A stretch of 64,000 nt of DNA from Burkholderiaceae bacterium (GCA_035621895.1 DASPWJ010000011.1:1210-65209); one strand, 5' to 3'. Positions 1 to 11,107 are shown, counted from the first letter of the stretch. The notes: a model not told the origin generated them from the letters alone. Program-made: numbers and translations.

Positions 1-237
1 GTGGATGCGCCGCGCACCAAGCTGCTGGCGCAAAAGCTCAAGGCCATGGGGCTGGATTCGGTGCTCATCATTACGGACCGCATCGATGAAAACCTGTATC
101 TGGCCGCGCGCAACCTCAAGCATGTGATGGTCGTGGAGACTCGGCACGCGGATCCGGTTTCGATGATTCATTACGAGAAGGTGGTTCTTACGCGACCGGC
201 GATTGCTACGCTCGAGCAGATGTGGGGTCAGGCATGA
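1..237 (+). CDS. rplD: 50S ribosomal protein L4, C-terminal fragment (gene starts upstream of the window)
   Basis: Frame is open from base 1. The C-terminal L4-like sequence sits immediately upstream of L23 with an ATGA stop/start overlap, the canonical S10-operon position. Confidence 0.9.
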   Translation: MDAPRTKLLAQKLKAMGLDSVLIITDRIDENLYLAARNLKHVMVVETRHADPVSMIHYEKVVLTRPAIATLEQMWGQA

Positions 238-533
238 ACAACGAACGTCTGTACCACGTGCTGCTGGCGCCGGTGGTTTCCGAGAAATCGACCGATATCG
301 CGGAAAAGCACAACCAGGTCGCGTTTCGCGTGATGCAAGATGCCACGAAGCAGGAGGTCAAGGCCGCGGTCGAACTGCTCTTTAAGGTGCAGGTCAAGTC
401 GGTCCAGATCCTGAACCGCCGGGGCAAGGACAAGCGCTTTGGCCGAATGGCCGGGCGACGTAGCGATGTGCGCAAGGCCTATGTGTGCCTGAAACCTGGC
501 CAGGAAATCAACTTCGCGGAAGGAGTGAAGTAA
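234..533 (+). CDS. rplW: 50S ribosomal protein L23
   Basis: [19 protein letters not shown]...[14 protein letters not shown] is a typical L23. Start moved from the track GTG at 222 to the ATG at 234, which overlaps the rplD stop (ATGA). Confidence 0.95.
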   Translation: MNNERLYHVLLAPVVSEKSTDIAEKHNQVAFRVMQDATKQEVKAAVELLFKVQVKSVQILNRRGKDKRFGRMAGRRSDVRKAYVCLKPGQEINFAEGVK

Positions 534-1360
534 TGGCACTGGTGAAGGTCAAGCCGACTTCCGCCGGGCGGCGCGCCCTGCTGAAGGTGGTCAACCCGCA
601 GCTGCACAAGGGCCGGCCCTATCAGCCGCTCATCGAAAAGAAGATCCGCGGCTCGGGGCGCAACAACCTTGGGCACATAACGACGCGCCATCAAGGCGGT
701 GGCCACAAGCAGCATTACCGCGTCATCGATTTTTGCCGCTCCAAAGACGGCATCCCCGCGCGCGTGGAACGGCTCGAATACGACCCGAACCGTTCGGCGC
801 ACGTGGCCTTGCTGTGCTACGCCGATGGTGAACGGCGCTACATCATTGCGCCCAAGGGCCTGACGGTTGGCTCCCAGCTTATCAGCGGTCAGGAGGCTCC
901 GATCCGTGTGGGCAACGCGCTGCCACTGCGTAACATTCCGGTAGGCACGACGATTCATTGCGTCGAGATATTGCCCGGCAAGGGGGCGCAGCTGGCCCGA
1001 GCGGCCGGTACCTCGGTGCAGTTGCTGGCGCGCGAGGGCAGTTACGCCCAGATCCGATTGCGCTCTGGCGAAATCCGCAAGGTGCTCATCGAGTGTCGCG
1101 CCACCATCGGCGAGGTGGGCAACGAGGAAAACAACCTGCGCCAGTTCGGCAAGGCGGGCGCGATTCGCTGGCGTGGCATTCGGCCAACCGTGCGCGGCGT
1201 TGCAATGAACCCGATCGATCACCCGCACGGCGGCGGCGAAGGGCGCACCGGCACCGGTCGGCACCCCGTCAGTCCCTGGGGCAAGCTCACAAAAGGCTAT
1301 CGCACGCGCAAGAACAAGCGCACCGACACCATGATTGTGCAGCGGCGCTATAGCAAGTAG
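533..1360 (+). CDS. rplB: 50S ribosomal protein L2
   Basis: [15 protein letters not shown]-terminus plus GGGHKQHYR and [10 protein letters not shown] motifs. The ATG at 533 overlaps the rplW TAA by one base. Confidence 0.97.
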   Translation: MALVKVKPTSAGRRALLKVVNPQLHKGRPYQPLIEKKIRGSGRNNLGHITTRHQGGGHKQHYRVIDFCRSKDGIPARVERLEYDPNRSAHVALLCYADGERRYIIAPKGLTVGSQLISGQEAPIRVGNALPLRNIPVGTTIHCVEILPGKGAQLARAAGTSVQLLAREGSYAQIRLRSGEIRKVLIECRATIGEVGNEENNLRQFGKAGAIRWRGIRPTVRGVAMNPIDHPHGGGEGRTGTGRHPVSPWGKLTKGYRTRKNKRTDTMIVQRRYSK

Positions 1361-1374
1361 ATCTTAGGATCCCT

Positions 1375-1665
1375 ATGTCACGCTCTCTGAAAAAAGGCCC
1401 GTTTGTCGACGGGCATCTGCTCAAAAAGGTTGAGACGGCGCAGGCGTCCAAGGACAAGCGCCCGATCAAGACGTGGTCGCGTCGCTCGACGATCGTGCCC
1501 GACTTTGTCGGCCTTACGATCGCCGTCCATAACGGCAAACAGCACGTGCCGGTGTACATCAGCGAACAGATGGTCGGGCACAAGCTTGGCGAATTTGCGC
1601 TCACGCGCACCTTCAAAGGCCACGCTGCGGAGCGCAAGACCGCGCCGGCGCCGGCGAAAAAGTAA
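1375..1665 (+). CDS. rpsS: 30S ribosomal protein S19
   Basis: [12 protein letters not shown]...GHKLGEF. Carries a short Ala/Pro/Lys C-terminal tail. Confidence 0.97.
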   Translation: MSRSLKKGPFVDGHLLKKVETAQASKDKRPIKTWSRRSTIVPDFVGLTIAVHNGKQHVPVYISEQMVGHKLGEFALTRTFKGHAAERKTAPAPAKK

Positions 1666-1677
1666 CGAGGATCCGAA

Positions 1678-2019
1678 ATGGAAACCACGGCTTCATATCG
1701 GGGTGCGCGACTCTCGGCCCAGAAGGGACGGTTAGTGGCTGATCTGGTGCGCGGTAAGCCGGTCGATAAGGCGCTCAACATCCTGAACTTCACGCCCAAG
1801 AAGGCCGCTGGCGTTATCCGCAAACTGCTCGAATCGGCCATCGCCAATGCGGAACACAACGACGGTGCCGATATTGATGAGCTGCGCGTGACCCGCATTT
1901 ATGTCGAGCAGGGTCCGACGCTGCGTCGCTTTTCGGCACGCGCCAAGGGGCGCGGGACGCGCATTAGCAAAAAGAGCTGCCATATCTACATCGCGGTTGG
2001 CGATGGAAGGAAAGAGTAG
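1678..2019 (+). CDS. rplV: 50S ribosomal protein L22
   Basis: L22-like sequence ([15 protein letters not shown]...) in conserved operon order. Confidence 0.95.
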   Translation: METTASYRGARLSAQKGRLVADLVRGKPVDKALNILNFTPKKAAGVIRKLLESAIANAEHNDGADIDELRVTRIYVEQGPTLRRFSARAKGRGTRISKKSCHIYIAVGDGRKE

Positions 2020-2026
2020 GTAACGC

Positions 2027-2941
2027 ATGGGCCAAAAAATCAACCCGACGGGATTCCGACTCGCGGTTTCACGCAACTGGAATTCGCGCTGGTTCGCCAC
2101 CGGCAAGGAATTTAGCCGGATGCTCAGCGAGGATCTGCACGTGCGCGACTACCTGCGGCGCAAACTGCGCAACGCTTCGGTAGGGCGCATTCTCATCGAG
2201 CGACCAGCAAAAAACGCTCGCATAACGATTTTCTCCGCGCGCCCTGGGGTGGTCATTGGCAAAAAGGGCGAGGACATCGAAACGCTGAAAGTCGAGCTGC
2301 AAAGGATGATGGGCGTGCCGGTGCACGTGAACATCGACGAGATTCGCAAGCCCGAACTCGATGCGCAACTGATCGCCGACTCGATCACCCAGCAACTGGA
2401 AAAGCGCATTATGTTTCGCCGAGCCATGAAGCGCGCAATGCAAAACGCCATGCGCCTAGGAGCGCAGGGCATCAAGATCATGAGTTCGGGCAGGCTCAAC
2501 GGAATCGAGATTGCGCGTACCGAGTGGTACCGCGAAGGCCGCGTACCGTTGCATACGCTTCGCGCCGACATCGACTACGGGTTTTCCGAGGCCAAGACGA
2601 CTTACGGCGTGATCGGTGTGAAGGTCTGGGTCTACAAGGGCGACACTTTGGGCCGCACGGAGGCCGGCGGTGCCGAGGCCGTTGCTCCGGCGCCCGAGCG
2701 CGAAGAGCGGCGCGCACCGCGCCGCCCGGTGGGCGAGCGCCCCAGCGCGGCGCCGCGCACGGCCGCCCCGCGACGCGCCGCGCGGAAGCCCGAATCGGCG
2801 TCAGCCGCGGAGACGCCTGCGCCGGCGGGCGGTGCCGCTCCGGCCGCGGAGGAGGCGGCGCGGCCGGCAGTCAAGCGCGTGCGCAAAGTCGCTACGAAGG
2901 CTGCCGATAAGCCGACGCCGGACAAGGGCGAGAGCAAGTAA
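2027..2941 (+). CDS. rpsC: 30S ribosomal protein S3 with a long low-complexity C-terminal extension
   Basis: [13 protein letters not shown]-terminus and KH motif GKKGEDIE. The conserved core ends near residue 208 and is followed by about 95 aa of Ala/Pro/Arg/Glu-rich sequence. Confidence 0.95.
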   Translation: MGQKINPTGFRLAVSRNWNSRWFATGKEFSRMLSEDLHVRDYLRRKLRNASVGRILIERPAKNARITIFSARPGVVIGKKGEDIETLKVELQRMMGVPVHVNIDEIRKPELDAQLIADSITQQLEKRIMFRRAMKRAMQNAMRLGAQGIKIMSSGRLNGIEIARTEWYREGRVPLHTLRADIDYGFSEAKTTYGVIGVKVWVYKGDTLGRTEAGGAEAVAPAPEREERRAPRRPVGERPSAAPRTAAPRRAARKPESASAAETPAPAGGAAPAAEEAARPAVKRVRKVATKAADKPTPDKGESK

Positions 2942-2953
2942 AGGAGTGGCACT

Positions 2954-3370
2954 ATGCTGCAACCGGCACGACGCAAGTATCGCAAAGACCACAAGGGGCG
3001 CAATCGCGGCTTGGCCACGCGCGGCGCCAAGGTCTCTTTTGGCGAGTTCGGCCTTAAGGCTACGGAGCGCGGACGCCTGACGGCACGCCAGATTGAGGCG
3101 GCGCGGCGCGCAATCACGCGCCACATTAAGCGCGGCGGCCGAGTGTGGATCCGGATTTTTCCGGACAAGCCGATCTCGCAAAAACCGGCAGAGGTGCGCA
3201 TGGGTAACGGCAAGGGCAACCCGGAGTACTGGGTCGCGCAAATCCAGCCGGGCAAGGTCCTGTATGAGATGGATGGCGTCGAAGAGACGATCGCGCGGGA
3301 GGCCTTTACCCTGGCCGCGGCCAAGCTTCCTTTGAAGACCGTATTTGTCTCGCGGCAGCTCGGTGTCTAA
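2954..3370 (+). CDS. rplP: 50S ribosomal protein L16
   Basis: [20 protein letters not shown]-terminus. Confidence 0.97.
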   Translation: MLQPARRKYRKDHKGRNRGLATRGAKVSFGEFGLKATERGRLTARQIEAARRAITRHIKRGGRVWIRIFPDKPISQKPAEVRMGNGKGNPEYWVAQIQPGKVLYEMDGVEETIAREAFTLAAAKLPLKTVFVSRQLGV

Positions 3371-3381
3371 GGGGAAAGCGG

Positions 3382-3576
3382 ATGGAAGCCAAAGAACTGC
3401 GCGCTAAGAACGACGCTGCGCTGCAAACCGAACTGCGCGAGCTGCTTAAAGCGCAATTTTCCGCGCGCATGCAGCGCGCGACGCAACAGCTGCAAAATCA
3501 CACCCAGTTACGCAAATTGCGCCGTGACATCGCGCGCGTGCGTACCGTGATGACCGAAAAGGCAAACGCGAAATGA
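3382..3576 (+). CDS. rpmC: 50S ribosomal protein L29
   Basis: [23 protein letters not shown], 64 aa. ATGA overlap with rpsQ. Confidence 0.95.
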   Translation: MEAKELRAKNDAALQTELRELLKAQFSARMQRATQQLQNHTQLRKLRRDIARVRTVMTEKANAK

Positions 3577-3854
3577 TGTCCTCTGCACAACCTGCCGCAG
3601 CGCAGGCGCCTCAGCGCACCCTGGTCGGGCGCGTGATCAGCAATAAGATGGATAAGACAGTGACGGTCCTTGTCGAGCGCCGCGTAAAGCACCCCGTATA
3701 CGGCAAGTTTGTCGTGCGCTCGACCAAGCTGCATGCACACGATGCCAGCGACAAGATCAACGAGGGCGATCTGGTAGAAATTGCCGAGAGCCGGCCGCTT
3801 TCGCGGACCAAGTTCTGGACCGTGACCCGAGTGCTCGAGGCCGCGCGAAGCTAA
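3573..3854 (+). CDS. rpsQ: 30S ribosomal protein S17
   Basis: [31 protein letters not shown] is the typical S17 core. Confidence 0.95.
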   Translation: MMSSAQPAAAQAPQRTLVGRVISNKMDKTVTVLVERRVKHPVYGKFVVRSTKLHAHDASDKINEGDLVEIAESRPLSRTKFWTVTRVLEAARS

Positions 3855-4145
3855 TCCAAGCGGCCCCGGCGCGCGGCGGATTTGCAAGCGCGATCGCTTT
3901 CGCGCTAGAATCTGCGGCTCGCCGGAGTTTATTTAGGCGGAAAGGTTCGGTGCTGGGGTTGGCCCGTGCGAGAGCCAGGCAGACCAGGTGCGGGACCCGA
4001 TGTAGGTTTTCCGGGCCGTTCAATTCGTACGGTCCGCCTCCCCGAACGGGACCAAGACTGACCGCAGTGCACGCGCGCAGCGACCGGACGCTAGAGCAGC
4101 GTCCGGGCAATCGAGCAGGCGCAGCGGGAAAAGTTGGGAAGAACG
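3855..4145 (+). promoter_or_regulatory. Long S10-operon / spc-operon spacer (291 bp) with several stem-loops; presumed terminator, promoter and leader region
   Basis: No credible ORF. Verified complementary segments: AGCGCG-N8-CGCGCT (3887-3906, containing the palindrome GCGATCGC); AGGCGGA (3935-3941) with TCCGCCT (4033-4039); and a perfect 9-bp stem CCGGACGCT/AGCGTCCGG with a 5-nt loop (4084-4106). No T-run follows any of them. Confidence 0.4.
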
Positions 4146-4514
4146 ATGATTCAAATGCAGACGATGCTCGACGTCGCCGACAACACGGGCGCACGTTCGG
4201 TGATGTGTATCAAGGTGCTTGGCGGCTCCAAGCGTCGGTATGCCCACATCGGCGATGTCATCAAGGTGACCGTCAAGGATGCGGCCCCGCGCGGGCGGGT
4301 CAAAAAAGGCGAGGTCTACAGCGCCGTCGTCGTGCGCACGGCGAGCGGCTTGCGCCGCGTCGACGGCTCGGCGATCAAGTTTGATCGCAACGCCGCCGTC
4401 TTGTTGAACAACAAGCTTGAGCCCATCGGCACGCGCATTTTCGGGCCGGTGACGCGCGAGCTGCGCACGGAGCGCTTCATGAAAATCGTGTCGCTTGCCC
4501 CCGAAGTGCTGTAG
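4146..4514 (+). CDS. rplN: 50S ribosomal protein L14
   Basis: [18 protein letters not shown]-terminus. Start moved from 4134 to 4146. Confidence 0.96.
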   Translation: MIQMQTMLDVADNTGARSVMCIKVLGGSKRRYAHIGDVIKVTVKDAAPRGRVKKGEVYSAVVVRTASGLRRVDGSAIKFDRNAAVLLNNKLEPIGTRIFGPVTRELRTERFMKIVSLAPEVL

Positions 4515-4561
4515 GCGCAGGCACTCGACACACATTGGCAGGAAGGCAGGGCAGATTCCCG

Positions 4562-4882
4562 ATGCAAAGGATTCGCAAGGGCGACGAAGTCGTCGTAATC
4601 GCCGGTAAGGACCGCGGCAAGCGCGGGGTCGTGCTCGACCGTGTCGACCAGCGCCATGTTCGCGTCGAGGGCGTAAATCTGGTCAAAAAGCACGTTCGAC
4701 CCAACCCCATGAAAGGCGTGACGGGTGGCATCTCCGACAAGACGCTGCCAATCGACCAGTCCAACGTGATGCTCTACAACCCCGCAACCGGTAAAGGCGA
4801 GCGGGTCGGCTTTAAGGTGGTCGACGGCAAGAAGCTGCGCGTGTTCAAGAGCAGCGGCGCCTTGGTCGGCGAGCGGACCTAA
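4562..4882 (+). CDS. rplX: 50S ribosomal protein L24
   Basis: [22 protein letters not shown] (KOW motif). Start moved from 4535 to 4562. Confidence 0.95.
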   Translation: MQRIRKGDEVVVIAGKDRGKRGVVLDRVDQRHVRVEGVNLVKKHVRPNPMKGVTGGISDKTLPIDQSNVMLYNPATGKGERVGFKVVDGKKLRVFKSSGALVGERT

Positions 4883-4902
4883 GGTCGGGAGGCAAGGCAA
4901 CC

Positions 4903-5442
4903 ATGACCCGTCTGCAGCAACAATATCGCGAGAAGATCGTTCCCGAGCTGACGAAGAAATTCGGCTACAAGACATCGATGCAGGTGCCACGCATCACCAA
5001 GATCACCCTGAATATGGGGGTGGGTGAGGCGGTCAATGACAAAAAGAACATCGATGCGGCGCTCGCCGATATGACTCGCATCGCCGGACAAAAGCCGGTC
5101 GTCACCAAGACCCGAAAGGCAATTGCCAACTTCAAAGTGCGCCAAGGTCTGCCGATCGGCTGTATGGTGACTTTGCGCGGTGAGCGCATGTACGAATTCC
5201 TTGATCGCCTGATCACGATCGCCTTTCCTCGCGTACGCGACTTTCGCGGCGTGTCGGGTCGCGCCTTCGACGGCCGCGGTAACTACAACATCGGCCTGAA
5301 GGAGCAGATCATTTTCCCCGAGATCGAGTACGACAAGATCGACAAGCTGCGGGGGATGAACATCAGCATTACAACCACCGCGAAATCCGACGAGGAAGCC
5401 AAGGCGCTGCTCGCCGCGTTCCGGTTCCCGTTCCGTAACTGA
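4903..5442 (+). CDS. rplE: 50S ribosomal protein L5
   Basis: Full-length L5-like protein of 179 aa in conserved order. Confidence 0.96.
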   Translation: MTRLQQQYREKIVPELTKKFGYKTSMQVPRITKITLNMGVGEAVNDKKNIDAALADMTRIAGQKPVVTKTRKAIANFKVRQGLPIGCMVTLRGERMYEFLDRLITIAFPRVRDFRGVSGRAFDGRGNYNIGLKEQIIFPEIEYDKIDKLRGMNISITTTAKSDEEAKALLAAFRFPFRN

Positions 5443-5454
5443 GCGAGGTAAACG

Positions 5455-5760
5455 TTGGCAAAGCTAGCCCTGAAAAATCGTGAAGCCAAACGAGAGGCAT
5501 TGGTCAAGAAGTTTGCCGCCAAGCGAGCCGCTCTAAAAGCGACGTTTTCCGATCAGACCTTGTCGATGGAGGAGCGTTTGCATGCCCAGCAGCAGCTGCA
5601 GGCGCTGCCGCGCAACGCAAATCCGACTCGGCTGCGCAACCGCTGCGCCATTACCGGGCGCCCGCGTGGCAATTTCCGCAAGTTCGGGCTAGGCCGCAGC
5701 AAGATCCGCGAAGCGGCAATGCGCGGCGATATTCCTGGCCTGATCAAGGCAAGTTGGTAA
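5455..5760 (+). CDS. rpsN: 30S ribosomal protein S14 (long, non-zinc form)
   Basis: [26 protein letters not shown]...ASW C-terminus. TTG start at 5455. Confidence 0.94.
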   Translation: MAKLALKNREAKREALVKKFAAKRAALKATFSDQTLSMEERLHAQQQLQALPRNANPTRLRNRCAITGRPRGNFRKFGLGRSKIREAAMRGDIPGLIKASW

Positions 5761-5774
5761 GGCGGGGTTTGCAA

Positions 5775-6191
5775 ATGAGCATGAGTGATCCAATCGCCGA
5801 CATGCTGACGCGCATTCGCAATGCGCAGCGTGTTGAAAAGACGGAAGTGGCGATGCCGTCGTCCAAGCTGAAGGTGGCGATCGCGCAGGTGTTGCGCGAC
5901 GAGGGCTACATCGAGGGCTTCCAAGTCGCCGATGCAGCTGCCTCTGGGGGCAAGACAATCGGCCACGCCGAGTTGCGCATTGGCCTGAAGTACTACGCCG
6001 GCCGGCCCGTGATCGAGCGTCTCGAACGCGTCTCGCGCCCCGGCCTGCGGATCTATCGTCGCCGCAACGATCTGCCTCAGGTGATGAACGGCCTGGGTGT
6101 GGCCATTGTCTCGACGCCGCGCGGCGTGATGACCGATCGCAAGGCGCGCAGCCAAGGCGTGGGCGGCGAGATTCTTTGCTACGTTGCCTGA
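5775..6191 (+). CDS. rpsH: 30S ribosomal protein S8
   Basis: [19 protein letters not shown]-terminus. Start moved from 5754 to 5775. Confidence 0.96.
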   Translation: MSMSDPIADMLTRIRNAQRVEKTEVAMPSSKLKVAIAQVLRDEGYIEGFQVADAAASGGKTIGHAELRIGLKYYAGRPVIERLERVSRPGLRIYRRRNDLPQVMNGLGVAIVSTPRGVMTDRKARSQGVGGEILCYVA

Positions 6192-6205
6192 ACCGGGGAT
6201 CGATC

Positions 6206-6739
6206 ATGTCACGAGTCGCACGCATACCGGTTGCCCTTACCAAAGGAGTTGACGCGCAGTTGGGTTCGGACCGTATCACCATCAAGGGTCCGCAAGGCAC
6301 GCTGCAGCACTCTTTGTCCGATCTGGTCACGATCACGATTGGCGACGGCAAGATCCGCTTTGCGGCCGTCGATGCTTCGCGGCAGGCCAAGGCCATGAGC
6401 GGCACGATGCGAGCGCTGGTCGCAGGCATGGTCGAGGGAGTGAGCAAGGGTTTTGAGCGCCGCCTTAGTCTGGTCGGCGTGGGCTATCGCGCGCAAGCGC
6501 AGGGCGACAGGATCAGCCTCTCGCTGGGGTTCTCGCACGCTGTCGAGCACCGCATGCCCGCCGGCATCAAGGTGGAAACGCCTAGCCAAACAGAGATCGT
6601 GATCCGAGGCGCCGACAAGCAGCGGGTCGGGCAGGTCGCGGCGGAGATCCGCGCCTATCGCCCCCCGGAACCTTACAAGGGCAAGGGCGTGCGCTATGAC
6701 AACGAGACGGTGGTCTTGAAAGAGACCAAGAAGAAGTGA
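6206..6739 (+). CDS. rplF: 50S ribosomal protein L6
   Basis: [10 protein letters not shown]-terminus, 177 aa. Start moved from 6176 to 6206. Confidence 0.95.
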   Translation: MSRVARIPVALTKGVDAQLGSDRITIKGPQGTLQHSLSDLVTITIGDGKIRFAAVDASRQAKAMSGTMRALVAGMVEGVSKGFERRLSLVGVGYRAQAQGDRISLSLGFSHAVEHRMPAGIKVETPSQTEIVIRGADKQRVGQVAAEIRAYRPPEPYKGKGVRYDNETVVLKETKKK

Positions 6740-6758
6740 ACCTGCCGGGAACTACGCC

Positions 6759-7127
6759 ATGATCAACAAGAAGCAATCGCGCCTTCGCCGCGCAAGCGCT
6801 ACGCGGGCACGCATCGAATTAAACGGCGCACACCGGCTGACGGTGCACCGCTCCAATCACCATATCTACGCGGCCGTGATATCTCCATCGGGCGACAAGG
6901 TGCTGGTGTCGGCCTCTACGCTCGAGCAGGAAGTGCGCAACGAACTCTCGGCAGCCAAAGGCCGCGGTGGCAATATCGCTGCGGCCAAGGTCGTCGGTAC
7001 ACGGTTGGCGCGCAAGGCGGCTGCGGCTGGAATCGAGAAAGTTGCCTTCGATCGCGCGGGTTTTCACTTCCACGGTCGGGTCAAGGCGCTTGCCGACGCG
7101 GCGCGCGAAGCCGGCTTAAAGCTCTAG
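6759..7127 (+). CDS. rplR: 50S ribosomal protein L18
   Basis: L18-like sequence ([12 protein letters not shown]...[26 protein letters not shown]). Confidence 0.95.
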   Translation: MINKKQSRLRRASATRARIELNGAHRLTVHRSNHHIYAAVISPSGDKVLVSASTLEQEVRNELSAAKGRGGNIAAAKVVGTRLARKAAAAGIEKVAFDRAGFHFHGRVKALADAAREAGLKL

Positions 7128-7136
7128 GAGCCAACG

Positions 7137-7655
7137 ATGGCCAGAATCCAAGCAAAGAATTTGGGCGAGGCGCGCGAAGATGGTATGCGCGAGAAGATGA
7201 TCGCGGTGAACCGCGTCACCAAGGTGGTTAAGGGCGGTCGCATTCTGGCTTTTGCGGCACTGACCGTGGTTGGCGATGGGGACGGGCGCGTCGGCATGGG
7301 CAAGGGCAAGGCGCGGGAGGTTCCGGTCGCGGTGCAAAAAGCGATGGAGCGCGCGCGGCGCGGCATGGGCCGTGTTCCCCTGCGCAACGGGACGGTGCAG
7401 CACAGCGTCGAGGCCAAGCACGGTGCGGCCAAAGTCATGCTAGCGCCGGCGGCCGAGGGCACGGGCATCATCGCCGGCGGGCCGCTGCGCGCGATTTTTG
7501 ACGTGATGGGCGTGCGCAACGTGGTCGCCAAATCGCACGGCTCGACCAACCCATACAACATGGTGCGCGCCACGCTCAAGGCGCTGGAGCGGCTGCGCAC
7601 TCCGGCCGAGATCGCCGCCAAACGCGGCAAGACGGTCGAAGAGATTCTTGGCTAA
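7137..7655 (+). CDS. rpsE: 30S ribosomal protein S5
   Basis: [12 protein letters not shown] motif, 172 aa. Confidence 0.96.
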   Translation: MARIQAKNLGEAREDGMREKMIAVNRVTKVVKGGRILAFAALTVVGDGDGRVGMGKGKAREVPVAVQKAMERARRGMGRVPLRNGTVQHSVEAKHGAAKVMLAPAAEGTGIIAGGPLRAIFDVMGVRNVVAKSHGSTNPYNMVRATLKALERLRTPAEIAAKRGKTVEEILG

Positions 7656-7664
7656 GGATGCACG

Positions 7665-7889
7665 ATGGTGACAAAAGCGGCGAATAAACCAGTCACGGCC
7701 AAGGCAGGCACAGCGAAAAAGTCGCTCAAGGTGACGCTTGTCAAAAGCGTGGCGGGAACCAAATCGGGACACCGCGCGACGGTGCTGGGCTTGGGCCTTA
7801 AGCGCCTGCACAGCACGCGCGTGCTCGAGGACACCCCAGCGGTGCGCGGAATGATCAACAAAGTTGCCTATTTGGTTCGGGTCGACTAA
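7665..7889 (+). CDS. rpmD: 50S ribosomal protein L30 with a Lys/Ala-rich N-terminal extension of about 14 aa
   Basis: The core [27 protein letters not shown]...[12 protein letters not shown] is L30. The ATG at 7665 is preceded by AAGGA with 6 nt spacing. Confidence 0.92.
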   Translation: MVTKAANKPVTAKAGTAKKSLKVTLVKSVAGTKSGHRATVLGLGLKRLHSTRVLEDTPAVRGMINKVAYLVRVD

Positions 7890-7905
7890 GAAAGCGGAGT
7901 TGGTT

Positions 7906-8340
7906 ATGCGTCTAAATTCCCTGAAGGCATCACCCGGATCACGCCGCGTGCGTCACCGCGTCGGCCGCGGCATCGGCAGCGGTTGGGGCAAAACCGCTGG
8001 TCGCGGACACAAGGGACAGAGCTCGCGCTCCGGCGGTTTTCACAAGGTTGGTTTTGAGGGCGGACAGATGCCGCTGCATCGGCGCTTGCCCAAACGCGGT
8101 TTTACTTCACTCACGCGCCGCTTCGTGGCCACCGTGCGCTTGTCGCAGATCCAGGCGCTAGACGCCGAGCAAATCGATTTGGCCGCGCTGCAGCGCGCGG
8201 GCATTGTGCCCACGCTCGCACAGGCTGCGCGCATCGTTAAGACAGGCGAGTTGTCGCGCAAGGTGAAGGTGCGTGGCATCGGCGTGAGTGTGGCGGCTCG
8301 GGCGGCGATCGAGGCCGCGGGCGGCACGGTCGAAGACTGA
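7906..8340 (+). CDS. rplO: 50S ribosomal protein L15
   Basis: [14 protein letters not shown]...[19 protein letters not shown]. Start moved from 7864 to 7906 (GCGGAG RBS). Confidence 0.95.
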   Translation: MRLNSLKASPGSRRVRHRVGRGIGSGWGKTAGRGHKGQSSRSGGFHKVGFEGGQMPLHRRLPKRGFTSLTRRFVATVRLSQIQALDAEQIDLAALQRAGIVPTLAQAARIVKTGELSRKVKVRGIGVSVAARAAIEAAGGTVED

Positions 8341-8365
8341 CGCGAGCGCGGCCGGGAGCAGCAAC

Positions 8366-9694
8366 GTGGCGAGCCAACAGGGCAAACTGTCCAGCAGCGG
8401 AAAGTACGCCGACCTCAAGCGTCGGGCGGTCTTTCTGGTGCTCGCGCTGATCGTCTATCGGCTGGGAACGCACATTCCGGTGCCACTGATCGATCCTGAC
8501 CAGTTCCGCCAGGCGTTTCAGTCGCAGCAAGGCGGGATTTTGGGCTTGCTGAACATGTTCTCCGGCGGCGCGCTTTCGCGCTTTTCGATTTTCTCGATCG
8601 GGATCATGCCCTACATTTCGGCCTCGATCATCATGCAGATGCTTACGTACGTGGTGCCGTCGCTGGAAGCTTTGCGCAAAGAAGGCGAGTCCGGGCGACG
8701 CAAGATCACACAGTACACACGCTACGCTACCGTCGGACTTGCCGCGGTCCAGTCCTACCTGGCGATCGTGGCAATTGAGTCGGTGCCCAACTTGGTAATC
8801 GAACCCGGACTGCTGTTTCGCGTCATCGGTGTGGTGTCGCTCGTTACGGGTTGTCTGTTCTTGATGTGGATTGGCGAGCAGATTACCGAGCGGGGTCTGG
8901 GCAACGGTATCTCGATCGTCATCTTCTCGGGTATTGTGGCCGGCTTGCCCAGCGCACTGGGACGCTTGTTTGAACTGGTAGCCAACGGAGCGTTGGGTTA
9001 TCTGGCGTTTTTCACGATCGCGGCCCTGATCGTAGGCGTGACTGGCGTCGTCGTCTTCGTCGAGCGCGGGCAGCGCCGCATCCTGGTCAATTACGCCAAG
9101 CGCCAAGTGGGCAACAAGGTCTTCGGCGGGCAAAGTTCTTATCTGCCGCTAAAGCTGAACATGTCGGGCGTGATTCCACCGATCTTTGCCTCCTCGATCG
9201 TGCTGTTTCCGGCAACAATCGCGGGCTGGTTCACGACGGGCGACGCCACGCGTTGGATACGCGACCTGGCCACGGCATTGCAGCACGGGCAGCCGCTGTA
9301 TCTGGTCTTGTACGCCTCGCTGATCATCTTTTTTTGTTTTTTCTACACGGCGCTGGTCTTCAACAGCAAGGAGCAGGCCGATAACCTCAAGAAAAGCGGC
9401 GCGTTCGTGCCCGGAATTCGTCCCGGCGAGCAGACCGCGCGGCATATCGACAAGATCTTGCTGCGTCTGACTTTGGCTGGCGCCATCTACATCACGCTGG
9501 TGTGTCTGGTGCCGGAGTTTTTGTACTTGCGCTGGAGCGTGCCCTTTTATTTCGGTGGCACCTCGCTGCTGATCGTCGTCGTGGTGACGATGGATTTCAT
9601 GGCGCAGGTGCAGGCGTACATGATGACGCACCAGTACGAATCGCTGCTGAAGAAGGCCAACTTTCGCAGCGGTGCGCCGGGGATGACACGGTAG
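8366..9694 (+). CDS. secY: Preprotein translocase subunit SecY
   Basis: [13 protein letters not shown] motif and ten-TM architecture. The likely GTG start at 8366 gives 442 aa; the track start at 8288 would overlap rplO. Confidence 0.93.
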   Translation: MASQQGKLSSSGKYADLKRRAVFLVLALIVYRLGTHIPVPLIDPDQFRQAFQSQQGGILGLLNMFSGGALSRFSIFSIGIMPYISASIIMQMLTYVVPSLEALRKEGESGRRKITQYTRYATVGLAAVQSYLAIVAIESVPNLVIEPGLLFRVIGVVSLVTGCLFLMWIGEQITERGLGNGISIVIFSGIVAGLPSALGRLFELVANGALGYLAFFTIAALIVGVTGVVVFVERGQRRILVNYAKRQVGNKVFGGQSSYLPLKLNMSGVIPPIFASSIVLFPATIAGWFTTGDATRWIRDLATALQHGQPLYLVLYASLIIFFCFFYTALVFNSKEQADNLKKSGAFVPGIRPGEQTARHIDKILLRLTLAGAIYITLVCLVPEFLYLRWSVPFYFGGTSLLIVVVVTMDFMAQVQAYMMTHQYESLLKKANFRSGAPGMTR

Positions 9695-9696
9695 CG

Positions 9697-9915
9697 ATGG
9701 CACGAGATGACGTCATCCAGATGCAGGGCGAGATTCTGGAGAATCTGCCCAATGCGACGTTTCGAGTGAAGCTCGAAAATGGCCACGTCGTTCTGGGGCA
9801 TATTTCGGGCAAGATGCGGATGCACTACATCCGCATCTTGCCTGGTGACAAGGTAACGGTGGAACTGACGCCGTACGACCTGACGCGCGCGAGGATCGTT
9901 TTTCGCGCCAAGTAG
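9697..9915 (+). CDS. infA: Translation initiation factor IF-1
   Basis: [30 protein letters not shown]..., 72 aa. Start moved from 9502 to the ATG at 9697. Confidence 0.96.
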   Translation: MARDDVIQMQGEILENLPNATFRVKLENGHVVLGHISGKMRMHYIRILPGDKVTVELTPYDLTRARIVFRAK

Positions 9916-9954
9916 AGGCACGCACGCGTGCGCGGGCAAGATGGGAGCAAGACA

Positions 9955-10068
9955 ATGAAAGTGCTAGCTTCAGTTAAGAAAATGTGTCGCAAGTGCAAGG
10001 TGATTCGGCGCAAGGGCGTCGTGCGGGTGATCTGCACCGACCCGCGCCACAAGCAGCGGCAGGGCTAG
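9955..10068 (+). CDS. rpmJ: 50S ribosomal protein L36 (not in the ORF track because it is below 60 aa)
   Basis: My own translation gives [37 protein letters not shown] followed by a stop. This is the zinc-ribbon L36 pattern at its canonical position between infA and rpsM. Confidence 0.93.
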   Translation: MKVLASVKKMCRKCKVIRRKGVVRVICTDPRHKQRQG

Positions 10069-10104
10069 GGATCGCTCGACGCAACACCAGGGAGAAATTT
10101 TCCA

Positions 10105-10476
10105 ATGGCACGTATAGCCGGTATTAACATTCCCCCGCACCAGCACGCCGAGCTTGGTCTGACGGCGATCTATGGGATCGGCCGCGCGCGCGCGCGCGCG
10201 ATTCTCGATGCTGTCAAGGTGCCCCATGATCGCAAGGTCAAGGAGCTCACAGACGCGGAACTCGAACGCATTCGGGAAGCCGTCAGCCGCTTCGCCGTGG
10301 AAGGTGACCTACGTCGGGAGATTCAGCTATCGATCAAGCGTCTGATCGATCTGGGCTGCTATCGCGGGGTGCGGCACCGTCGCGGCTTGCCGGTTCGCGG
10401 GCAGCGCACCCGGACCAACGCGCGCACCCGAAAGGGACCACGCAAGGCGGGCGTGGCTTTGAAAAAGCCCACCTGA
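10105..10476 (+). CDS. rpsM: 30S ribosomal protein S13
   Basis: [11 protein letters not shown]-terminus. Confidence 0.96.
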   Translation: MARIAGINIPPHQHAELGLTAIYGIGRARARAILDAVKVPHDRKVKELTDAELERIREAVSRFAVEGDLRREIQLSIKRLIDLGCYRGVRHRRGLPVRGQRTRTNARTRKGPRKAGVALKKPT

Positions 10477-10564
10477 TCCACATCGCGTGAGGCCGTTTGG
10501 GGCCGCGGTAGCAATACGGCCCGGCAAAGATTCCCAGCACAGCAGATGAACGAGGCAATACAGC

Positions 10565-10981
10565 ATGGCAACTAGAACCGCTCCGACCACTCAGCAGCTC
10601 GCCAGCCAACGCGCGCGCAAGAAGGTCAAGAAGAACGTCGCCGAGGGCATCGCCCACATTCACGCGTCGTTTAACAACACCATCATCACGATCACCGATC
10701 GGCAGGGCAATGCCCTGTCCTGGTCCACCAGCGGTGGTGCCGGCTTTAAGGGCTCGCGCAAGTCCACGCCGTTTGCCGCTCAAGTGGCGGCCGAGGCGGC
10801 TGGCCGCGCCGCGCTCGAGTGCGGAGTGAAGAATCTTGAGGTGCGAATTAAAGGTCCGGGACCGGGACGGGAATCCTCGGTTCGGGCGCTCAATGCCTGC
10901 GGATTTCGGATCACCTCGATCCAGGACATCACGCCGGTGCCGCACAACGGCTGCCGGGCACCGAAGCGCCGCCGTGTCTGA
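10565..10981 (+). CDS. rpsK: 30S ribosomal protein S11
   Basis: [15 protein letters not shown] motif. Confidence 0.96.
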   Translation: MATRTAPTTQQLASQRARKKVKKNVAEGIAHIHASFNNTIITITDRQGNALSWSTSGGAGFKGSRKSTPFAAQVAAEAAGRAALECGVKNLEVRIKGPGPGRESSVRALNACGFRITSIQDITPVPHNGCRAPKRRRV

Positions 10982-11107
10982 TCCGCATCGTCAGGAGGAG
11001 CCCCCGATGGGGTTGGACAATCTCGTGAGTGCACGGACGCCGACCGCGGGCCGGGCGCTTGCCTGCCGTCAAATTGCCGCACTTGATTTGGTGCGATAGG
11101 AATCGAT

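Noticed and set aside
479-1264. 261-aa minus-strand ORF opposite rplB, and similar antisense ORFs throughout the ribosomal cluster
   Set aside because: The ribosomal protein frames are certain. The antisense frames are open only because stop codons are rare at this GC content.
3950-4384. 144-aa ORF starting in the rpsQ-rplN spacer
   Set aside because: It runs out of frame through rplN and is Arg/Gly-rich. It is not credible as a gene.
8237-9133. 298-aa minus-strand ORF, plus other long ORFs opposite secY
   Set aside because: It is antisense to secY and has a charged His/Asp/Arg-rich composition with no homology-like features.
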